A stretch of 64,000 nt of DNA, from positions 1 to 64,000 of IMG/VR virus record IMGVR_UViG_3300032401_000690; one strand, given 5' to 3'. The notes under the pieces were generated by a model. That model was not told the DNA's origin. It saw only the letters and a program-made list of their open reading frames with translations, and did no database searches. The position numbers and the translations under genes are program-made. Numbering within the stretch: position 1 is the first letter of the stretch; each line of letters opens with the position of its first letter. Origin of the DNA: a virus. Below, one piece after another: positions 39,846 to 47,900 of this stretch.

Positions 39846-40679
39846 TTAATTATTTTTTATTTTATCTACAACTTCCCACCCTTTATTTTTTCCATAAGAT
39901 TTCAAAGTAGTAACACTAACTAATAGGTTATTTTTTTTTACGTAATCTTTAAATGAATTATAACCTAAAAAATTTAAAATATCACCTTTAGGTGTTTTTA
40001 TTATCCAAATCATTTTATTTGATTCAGATTGTTTTTTCTTTGATAACTCACTTCTTTTATACCCAACCTTACTTATTGACATTTTTTTTCTTATGTCTTC
40101 ATTATATTTTTTACCTTTATTTGGTGATGGAACCCCTTTTTTAATTTTAGATAATTTTAATTTAGTTTCATCATTCATAGGAATTCTTTTTTTACCTTTA
40201 AGTGACTCGCTTATTTTTTTTCTTGTATTGTCACTAACAATTCTACCTTTAGATGTTTCACTAATTTTTTTTCTAAAATTTTCAGACATTTTTAACCCCC
40301 TATTCCATCCACCTAAAGTCCTATTTTGTTTTTTCGCAGTTTCGGACATTTTAAGTTTTGTTTTACTACTATGATTTTTCCCAAACATAGGAGATCCCCC
40401 ATCACCACCATTGGTTAAATTAACCAATTTAAATCCCCATACTTTAAATTGAGATATCCAATACATTTCAACCTCATTTGAGTCTTTATCGTCACATACA
40501 TCTAAAATTTCTATAATAATTTTTCCCCCATTTAATAAAGTATTATTAATCCATTTTTCTTTATATGTTTTTTTATTTTTACTTTGATTTATATGTGCAG
40601 AGTATCTTTTATTTATTGATTTAGTTTTACCAATATAACGAATTTTAATCTCATCACTAAGTGTGTAAATATATGTCAT
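39846..40679 (-). CDS. GIY-YIG homing endonuclease with NUMOD3 repeats
   Basis: YIYTL...RYIGKT...R...H; E..WI; NLTNGGDG; repeated HS..TK.KMS/KIS motifs. Confidence 0.9.
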   Translation of the reverse strand: MTYIYTLSDEIKIRYIGKTKSINKRYSAHINQSKNKKTYKEKWINNTLLNGGKIIIEILDVCDDKDSNEVEMYWISQFKVWGFKLVNLTNGGDGGSPMFGKNHSSKTKLKMSETAKKQNRTLGGWNRGLKMSENFRKKISETSKGRIVSDNTRKKISESLKGKKRIPMNDETKLKLSKIKKGVPSPNKGKKYNEDIRKKMSISKVGYKRSELSKKKQSESNKMIWIIKTPKGDILNFLGYNSFKDYVKKNNLLVSVTTLKSYGKNKGWEVVDKIKNN

Positions 40680-40707
40680 AATAATAAATATTACGACATT
40701 AATAAAG

Positions 40708-41925
40708 TTACCTAATAATACTCAAATAAAAATCTTTTCGGTCAATGGTTACTTTATTAAGGTCGTAACGATCCTTTACCGTTTCATATAGTCTTTCACC
40801 CATATCGGTAATCATATTTGGGTTATCAACCAACTTCTTAATATATTTTGCCCAATCACTATGGTTATTATTTTTATTAACCAATAACGCATTACCATCA
40901 GTAAAATTACCATTATTTAACGAATGTTTCAAATCAATCGTGTATGGTCCAACATTAGATGCAATCAATGCCTTTTTATAAAATCCTGCTTCAATAACTT
41001 TAAGTTGTGATTTCATTCTGTTAAATACGTGATCAACAATTGGTGATAAAGAAATATCAAACTTAGAATAGTTCTTAGCGTATGTTGTTGTTGGTTTTGT
41101 CCATACTCTAACATAGTTTTCATTTTGCCACCCAGGATATTCACCATCCTCAAACTTATCCAAATATTCCTTATATTTTGGTGTAACGATTTTATATTTG
41201 TCGGTAAAAATTTCTTCATACTTAACCCAAACAGTTTCTTCAGGTTTAATTGCCCGTTTTGTTTCTTGATTTGTTTGTTTGTTAATTTCGGTAACTGTAC
41301 CTCTTGTATCAAAACCACAAACATAATATTGTAGTTTATCTTTAACGGACGATAATTTTGAAACCATACCATCTAACAATTTTAAATCGTGTAAATGTGA
41401 TGATCCACCCAACCAACCAACTCTTACTTTATCAGATGGTAATGTTGGTTCATTAAATTGAGCCTCCCTTGGGTCAATAGCGTTTGGAAACACAAAAACA
41501 TTTTTATTAAATTTTTTAATTTCAAATGCAAAAATATCAGTTGTTGTTGTAACGTAAGAAGCAACTTTAAGATTTGCAATAATTTTTTCGTGAATTTTGT
41601 TATTTAAAATCAATTGTTGAATTGGATGTTCCTTTGTTGGTAACCAATAATCGTCAATGTCTGCAACAACAATAATTCCCATAGATTTAAGTTTCTCAAT
41701 CAATGCAGGACATTTATCATAATCATTTCCAATTGTTCTATGGAAATGAACAATATGATATTGTGACCAATAATTCATATCATCCACCTTTGGTGCATAG
41801 TCAATATCAACGTGAAAATCATCAGGATATAGATTTTGTAGTTTAACATGGGGGTCGACAGATCTATACCGACCAACTCCTGACGAATCTGAGGGGGCGA
41901 CTAATACTCTAATTTTTTCTTTCAT
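40708..41925 (-). CDS. GT-B glycosyltransferase (GT4-like)
   Basis: GVGRYR, DIDDYW, PNAID, GWLGGSSH, FNRMKSQLKVIEAG, ASNVGPY. Confidence 0.85.
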   Translation of the reverse strand: MKEKIRVLVAPSDSSGVGRYRSVDPHVKLQNLYPDDFHVDIDYAPKVDDMNYWSQYHIVHFHRTIGNDYDKCPALIEKLKSMGIIVVADIDDYWLPTKEHPIQQLILNNKIHEKIIANLKVASYVTTTTDIFAFEIKKFNKNVFVFPNAIDPREAQFNEPTLPSDKVRVGWLGGSSHLHDLKLLDGMVSKLSSVKDKLQYYVCGFDTRGTVTEINKQTNQETKRAIKPEETVWVKYEEIFTDKYKIVTPKYKEYLDKFEDGEYPGWQNENYVRVWTKPTTTYAKNYSKFDISLSPIVDHVFNRMKSQLKVIEAGFYKKALIASNVGPYTIDLKHSLNNGNFTDGNALLVNKNNNHSDWAKYIKKLVDNPNMITDMGERLYETVKDRYDLNKVTIDRKDFYLSIIR

Positions 41926-42673
41926 ATTTTTTTATAATTTTTTTTAAATAGGTAAGATCGTAAAAATCACTTTCCCATATTACTTCTAAATTATAACCAT
42001 ATTCTTTTATTTTATCAACTCTAAATTTATCCTCATCCCAAATATTCTTTGCGGTTTTTTTTTTATGGGGGTGAAAATAATCACTATCGTATTTTAATGG
42101 GTTACAATGCCAATAATCACCATTAAATTCTATAATTAAATTATATTTTTCAATATAAATGTCACAAACATATCTACCAACAGAAAAAGATCCTTTAGGG
42201 TTTTGTTTCATTTTTTTTAATTCTGTTAAAAGTTTTTTTTCTTTTTTAGAGACAGGTCCTTGTTTTGGAAAATTATTAGATATTTTTTCAGATATTTTTT
42301 TTAATGTTTCTTTAGTGTGTTTTTTACCAAAAAATGGATTTGATTCCCCCTTTTGTTGGTCATTACTACATTTTTTACATAACGAATCTTTTAATTTGTA
42401 ATAATTTCTACAAGTAATTGATGAGTTATTTGATGACACAACCACATCAGTCCCACATTTAGGGCATTTCCTCATAATAACATATTTATCATCATTTTTA
42501 ATAATCTTTAAAGATTTACATCTATCTCGTTTCCTGATAAGATTATGTTTGTTTAAAATGGTAAGTATTGTTGGTTTTGAAACATTTAACATTTTTCCAA
42601 TCTCTATGGAGCTTTTTCCTTTATTATATTCACTAATAATAAAATTTTCATTAAGGGTTAATTTTGGTGGCAT
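41909..42673 (-). CDS. Vsr-like homing endonuclease with HTH, zinc ribbon and NUMOD3
   Basis: CPKC...CKKC; NPFFGKKHTKET; DIY...IIEFNGDYWH; GYNLEVIWE. Confidence 0.85.
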   Translation of the reverse strand: MPPKLTLNENFIISEYNKGKSSIEIGKMLNVSKPTILTILNKHNLIRKRDRCKSLKIIKNDDKYVIMRKCPKCGTDVVVSSNNSSITCRNYYKLKDSLCKKCSNDQQKGESNPFFGKKHTKETLKKISEKISNNFPKQGPVSKKEKKLLTELKKMKQNPKGSFSVGRYVCDIYIEKYNLIIEFNGDYWHCNPLKYDSDYFHPHKKKTAKNIWDEDKFRVDKIKEYGYNLEVIWESDFYDLTYLKKIIKKYERKN

Positions 42674-42729
42674 AAAGAACAGTTTAATATAAATATCATA
42701 GGTCCTATCAAAAGGTAAAATATCAATAA

Positions 42730-42760
42730 CAAAAAACCCCCAATCTTAAGAATGGAGGTT
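42730..42760 (-). terminator. Probable rho-independent terminator
   Basis: Minus strand aacctcca...tgggggtt stem followed by T run. Confidence 0.6.
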
Positions 42761-42792
42761 AGCCGATGTAATAAAATACAAAGGGGTGCGTA

Positions 42793-43413
42793 TTATTCTG
42801 AAACTTTACGAACTCTTAAAAGTTTTCCCTCAAATATATGTTGGCCAACTCTAAATTTAAAAACCTCATTTGATTTTTTTGTGGATTCTACTAACAGACC
42901 ATTTTCTTTAAGAACGTCTTGTACTGTTTCTCTAACGATACTTCTAATATCATCTGCAGATATTGATACTGATGGTTGTGTTTGTTGTGTTTGTTGTGTT
43001 TGTTGTGTTCTTTTTGGAACGTTTTCATTAATTAAATCACCATTTGCCTTTGTGTTCATTAAACGAGATGCTTTCTCAATTAGATCACTTGATAACACTG
43101 AACTATTTACCGATGAGTTTGGTTGTTGTATTGGGTGTTCCATCATTAACCTTTTAATTTCATCTGGTAGTTTTGAATTTGCTATTCTATCTGCCGATGG
43201 AACTTCTGTATTCATTTTTTGTATTGGAGCTTCTGTTAGGTATTCCTGTGGTAAATTATAATTTGCCGATACTGGTGCGAAGTCCTCAACCATTGGTGAT
43301 GACATTGATTGTGATGGAATTGATTGTGATCCACCTCTACCCATTGTATCATGCTTTTGCATGATTTGTTTGGATATAATTAACTTATTTATTAAATCTT
43401 GTTCTGCTGACAT
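42793..43413 (-). CDS. Hypothetical protein
   Basis: 206 aa; contains TQQ repeat. Confidence 0.7.
   Translation of the reverse strand: MSAEQDLINKLIISKQIMQKHDTMGRGGSQSIPSQSMSSPMVEDFAPVSANYNLPQEYLTEAPIQKMNTEVPSADRIANSKLPDEIKRLMMEHPIQQPNSSVNSSVLSSDLIEKASRLMNTKANGDLINENVPKRTQQTQQTQQTQPSVSISADDIRSIVRETVQDVLKENGLLVESTKKSNEVFKFRVGQHIFEGKLLRVRKVSE
42975..43008. repeat. 9-bp tandem repeat (ttgtgtttg)n encoding TQQ repeats
   Basis: Seen directly, between three and four copies. Confidence 0.8.
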
Positions 43414-43414
43414 A

Positions 43415-43822
43415 TTAAACTATATTTTGTTCTTCATTATTATCAAAGACTGCGTTAACGATAACACTATTCATACTTTTATCCCCATTTGGGTTATACC
43501 CTTGTCTTGGTTCGTTAAATGTATCTGCGGTTGGTCTAAAGGAAACAATTTTATCTACTCTAAAAAATCTCCAACTTGGTAGAGGTTTTTTACCTAAATA
43601 CGCTTTATGTGAAGCTCCTTCTAAATCCCACGCTCTTAACACAGGATTACCCGCTTTACTATAACCAAAACACACAGGTTCTATGGTTCTTAACCCATTT
43701 CCCCCAGGTTCATCACCTTGGTAATATATTACAACCTTTTGTCTTTTCTTAATTGCATCAACGATTGAGTCTATTGATGCTACCTCAAGAATAAGTTTTT
43801 TTAAAGAGTTGTAAAGTTTCAT
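43415..43822 (-). CDS. Standalone WYL-domain protein
   Basis: AIKKRQKVVIYY...RTIEP..FG......LRAW...WRFFRVDKI. Confidence 0.8.
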   Translation of the reverse strand: MKLYNSLKKLILEVASIDSIVDAIKKRQKVVIYYQGDEPGGNGLRTIEPVCFGYSKAGNPVLRAWDLEGASHKAYLGKKPLPSWRFFRVDKIVSFRPTADTFNEPRQGYNPNGDKSMNSVIVNAVFDNNEEQNIV

Positions 43823-44109
43823 TATACTGAAGGTGTGGTATAAGGTTTATCTATTTGGAATTCATTAATTTTAATTTCATTTTTTCTTTCCAAAGTATCT
43901 ACCGATGAACCACCTTTGCTTGTATCCAAGAAAGATCCTGTTCCTTTACCGAACTCATCACCATCTGACATTGCATCTTTGTTTGTTGATGAATATTGGT
44001 TAACGGTTTTATAATCATTTTTTGGGATTAATTTTTGTCTTTGTTGTTCTGCTATTTGAGATAATTCATTATCTGGTTGTGCAAAATCTAATCTTTCTGT
44101 TTGTGCCAT
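43822..44109 (-). CDS. Hypothetical protein
   Basis: 95-aa ORF in operon. Confidence 0.65.
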   Translation of the reverse strand: MAQTERLDFAQPDNELSQIAEQQRQKLIPKNDYKTVNQYSSTNKDAMSDGDEFGKGTGSFLDTSKGGSSVDTLERKNEIKINEFQIDKPYTTPSV

Positions 44110-44110
44110 A

Positions 44111-44578
44111 TTAAATTAATTTTTTCATTATTTCGTTTATTCTTTTAAGGCTTTCCGTGATTTTAATATCATCATTATAACCCGAATGACTTTTGGCGTC
44201 TCTATTCATATTTGACAACCATCCCATATCATCAACCAATTGGTCGTTTATATCTTCTGGCATTACATCTTTAACTTCTTGATTTGTATGAGTATTGTTT
44301 CTCATATGGTCAATTGTTGTTGTGATCCAATTGCTCATATAATCACCACCATTTAATATAAATGGGGCATCTTCCTTTTCTCCCTCATAATGTTTAAACC
44401 AATTCTGTATTCTTTCTAACTGTTGGAAGGTAACTTTGCCATTATCTCTTAAGAAATTATTTCTTTTGTGTCCTTCAATTGTTGCATCAGAATTTGGAAC
44501 TTGATCAAAGCAATGATGTAAATGTTTAATTACTTCTTCTGGTAATTCAACAACTTGTCCGTATAATTCTTTATTCAC
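44111..44578 (-). CDS. Hypothetical protein
   Basis: 155 aa; C-terminal ITESLKRINEIM helix. Confidence 0.65.
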   Translation of the reverse strand: MNKELYGQVVELPEEVIKHLHHCFDQVPNSDATIEGHKRNNFLRDNGKVTFQQLERIQNWFKHYEGEKEDAPFILNGGDYMSNWITTTIDHMRNNTHTNQEVKDVMPEDINDQLVDDMGWLSNMNRDAKSHSGYNDDIKITESLKRINEIMKKLI

Positions 44579-45548
44579 CTACTTTAAGTATTTTAATTAA
44601 TTGATTTATATTGATCCCTTCTTTTTCTGCAATTCTTTTAATTGATTGTAAGTTTCTTTTCAATATTTTTGTTACGGGTGTTTCATCATCACCATCTTTA
44701 TTTATAACGTCTTCAGAATTCTTTTTTTTCTTTAAAAGAATTTCATCAATCATTTTAATCATTTTTTCTTTTTCAACTTCGGACAATCTTCTTTTGGTGA
44801 AACAATTTTTACATATTCCTCGTTTCTTTTCTCTTTTCAATTGATCGTCAAGTTTTGGATCAAATCCCATCGTTTCCAATCTATCGTTTCTTTCAAACGG
44901 ATCTTCAATACCCATTTGTTGTAATACCTCATCGGCATCATCATATGTTTCTAAATCTTCTGTTTCTTCATATCCAAACGCATCGGACATATTAATTTCG
45001 TCAAGTAATTTTTCATCTTCACCTTCAAGTGACTCACCATAAAAAACTCTATAACCACGAACAAAAGGATTGTTTGTTTGTCTTGTTGCTATTACGGTTT
45101 GATCTTGAGTTTTTCTTGGGTGTAAACCTAATTGTAAAATAGGAATTGCTGAACCACCAAAGGTACCATCTGAATCAACAAGTTCGGTCATTTCACCATC
45201 CGTTGTCTCTTCTCCCTTATTTTTATATTTTTCAGGTATTTTTGTATTTAATTTCATTCCCAATTTTTCACCTAACTTCACAATAAATGGTGTTGCAATT
45301 GTTGAACCTGGTATGATTTGAAAGGCAATAAGTGGTATTAATTTTAAAAGGTCGGATGATTGATCTTTAATAAATTCTTTATCCTCCTTATCTATTCTAA
45401 AATCTTTATTTTTTAAATATTCTTTTGCCGAAGACATTAGTATTCTTACTAATAGTCTTGTTTGTTTTACCTCACTAACGGCAATATTTTTATACCTCTT
45501 AATATCAGAAGTAACCTTATCTGTTGTTTTATTTTTTGTTTCGTCCAA
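44571..45548 (-). CDS. Hypothetical protein with LETM1-like hydrophobic segment
   Basis: KEFIKDQSSDLLKLIPLIAFQIIPGSTIATPFIVKL; start uncertain. Confidence 0.55.
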   Translation of the reverse strand: MDETKNKTTDKVTSDIKRYKNIAVSEVKQTRLLVRILMSSAKEYLKNKDFRIDKEDKEFIKDQSSDLLKLIPLIAFQIIPGSTIATPFIVKLGEKLGMKLNTKIPEKYKNKGEETTDGEMTELVDSDGTFGGSAIPILQLGLHPRKTQDQTVIATRQTNNPFVRGYRVFYGESLEGEDEKLLDEINMSDAFGYEETEDLETYDDADEVLQQMGIEDPFERNDRLETMGFDPKLDDQLKREKKRGICKNCFTKRRLSEVEKEKMIKMIDEILLKKKKNSEDVINKDGDDETPVTKILKRNLQSIKRIAEKEGININQLIKILKVGE

Positions 45549-45641
45549 AATGTCGTAGGTTTTATTCCATTTTTAATTATGAATAATCATAAGTTATTTT
45601 TACAATAAATACTTTGTTTTGTTGTATTTATTTAAAAAAAG

Positions 45642-47864
45642 ATGGCTCAACAGAATATTAATCAATACGTGTATCCGAAATTACGATTAAATGTCGTAAA
45701 TGAGTGTATGGATATGTCCTTGGCGTCCGATGAGGTGAATTATAATCAAGAGGTAGTTTTCTCACCATATTTGATTGCAGAAACTTTTGGAGATAGATTA
45801 CCAATAAATATAGATATTAATAATTCGGGAACAACCCAACCATTAAATCTATTTTATAAACAATATGATTATAATAATATTTTTGTTTCTCAAAACTATT
45901 ATAACCCAGATAATTTAGATTTATCTTGTTTTTCCTCATCAACGGCTTGTGATATTGGTTTAACGGGTATTGATAATGGTTTGGTAACTTCTATGACGGG
46001 AGAGACGATTTATTTTACAAATGGGTTATACGATGAAAGTTTAAAATTTGAACGATTATATTTTGATAGAAGATTTAAAATGTTCCAAGTAACGGGATAT
46101 ACATCTCAAAATGAAAGATTTTCGGCAATACCTGACACAACACTATATGAAGTGGTTAGTAAGTCGGGAACAACTGTTGGTAGATATCACGAATTATATG
46201 GTGGGTTCTACCAAGGATTTTATAAATTATTTGGATATGATTACAATATTTTTCCTGAACGGATGAATAAAGGTTGGGCAGTTGAGATGTTATTAAAACC
46301 AAGATTAATTAATGAATATTTTCCATCGTCAGGTGAAACAACTCTAAATGAAATATACCCACAAAATAAGGACATTTTCTTTTATTTTGGTGCAAGGGCT
46401 GAGAATAAATTTTATCATCACGCTGACGGAAATCCAAATTGTTTTACGGGATATACTAGGGTTACCAGTGGTTTAGAGAATTGTGTTGAAACTTGTGGTT
46501 GTTGTAATAGAACAGTTACAAATAGTAGATGTATATATGTTTATCCACCAAGATCTGTAAATAATCAACACGATCCTCATTTAAATTATGGTTGTGATAT
46601 CTGTGGTGGAACTACGGGTAAGACAATGACTTGTGGGTGTGATTGTAATGAACAACCTTGTGAGATATGTGGGTGGGAATGTTTTACACATACTTGTGGA
46701 ACAATAATAGAACCAACACCAACACCGGTTCCAACACCTGAACCAACACCAACGTGCAATACTTTAACTCCTGTTTGTACTCCAACTGTTTGTGTTACTT
46801 GTACGGGGTGTACTGAATGTATTGATTGTGTAACGACAGGATTTACATCGGTTGAGAATACTTGTGAGACAGATCCATTATTTGATTCAATATCAAATGC
46901 TTTATCCGTAAAATTATGTGGTGATCATAACAACCCACAGATTGGTGTTAAAGTTTTAAGATGGACTGGTGAATGTGAAACAACAGGAACTTGCGTTACA
47001 GGACAAACTTATGTTACCGGATATACGATAGATGAATATTGTTCTCCTCCGATATATCCTTACTGTTTATTAAAAAATCCTCCGTATTTGTTATTGGAAC
47101 ATTGGTTTCAAGTTGATGTGGTATGGGAAAGATATACTTGGTTGGATATTTGTGATTTATGGTGGAGAGGTGGTCTTGGAGATATTACCAAAACGGAATA
47201 TTTGGATTCACTTTCAAACAATACTGTTGCATTAATTAAACCACCGATCACTAATGGTAAGGAAGTTGCTGAAACAATTGACCTTGTTAATTTGGATCAA
47301 CCTTGGTTAAATGATGTTAATTTTAGAATGGGTAGATTAAAAATCTATGTTAATGGAAAGATACATTATACGATAGAGAATTTTGAGGAGATTATACCTA
47401 GAGCGTTAAGTACCGATAAGGAAAGACAATTGGGTGTTCCATTTAACATATCTTGGGGTGGTGGAACTCAGGGTCTTCGTGAGAATTTAACATTCTCTGC
47501 TTGTTCTGCAACCACGGGTCAATACATTCAAGATCCTGAATCATTTCCAAATAATGTGTTAAGTGGTTCATCGTTATCAGGACTTAATACCAATATTTTA
47601 ATTGAACAAAATTTTGCCGGAACATTTGAAGGTGGAATCTCACAATTTAGAATGTATACAACACCTTTATCAGCACCTGAAGTTAAACATAATTTTCTTT
47701 TATTAAAAGAAAAATTTAATATGTTTAACCCTGATTGTCCTGATTGTAGTACAACAATATGTCTTCCTAACGATTTTACATACGTTTTGGTTGATCTTAA
47801 CTATTTAATAACTCAACAAGGTTTTTACATAACAACACAAAATTATGAGAATTTAGTTGCATAA
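45642..47864 (+). CDS. Putative virion structural protein with LamG/ConA-like fold interrupted by a Cys-rich and PT-rich insert
   Basis: LKIYVNG, FEGGISQFRMY..PLS..EV..NF LamG-like end; dense Cys cluster and PTPTP linker. Confidence 0.65.
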   Translation: MAQQNINQYVYPKLRLNVVNECMDMSLASDEVNYNQEVVFSPYLIAETFGDRLPINIDINNSGTTQPLNLFYKQYDYNNIFVSQNYYNPDNLDLSCFSSSTACDIGLTGIDNGLVTSMTGETIYFTNGLYDESLKFERLYFDRRFKMFQVTGYTSQNERFSAIPDTTLYEVVSKSGTTVGRYHELYGGFYQGFYKLFGYDYNIFPERMNKGWAVEMLLKPRLINEYFPSSGETTLNEIYPQNKDIFFYFGARAENKFYHHADGNPNCFTGYTRVTSGLENCVETCGCCNRTVTNSRCIYVYPPRSVNNQHDPHLNYGCDICGGTTGKTMTCGCDCNEQPCEICGWECFTHTCGTIIEPTPTPVPTPEPTPTCNTLTPVCTPTVCVTCTGCTECIDCVTTGFTSVENTCETDPLFDSISNALSVKLCGDHNNPQIGVKVLRWTGECETTGTCVTGQTYVTGYTIDEYCSPPIYPYCLLKNPPYLLLEHWFQVDVVWERYTWLDICDLWWRGGLGDITKTEYLDSLSNNTVALIKPPITNGKEVAETIDLVNLDQPWLNDVNFRMGRLKIYVNGKIHYTIENFEEIIPRALSTDKERQLGVPFNISWGGGTQGLRENLTFSACSATTGQYIQDPESFPNNVLSGSSLSGLNTNILIEQNFAGTFEGGISQFRMYTTPLSAPEVKHNFLLLKEKFNMFNPDCPDCSTTICLPNDFTYVLVDLNYLITQQGFYITTQNYENLVA

Positions 47865-47900
47865 CTAAAAATGTAAATATTTATAAAAAAAAACAAAATT

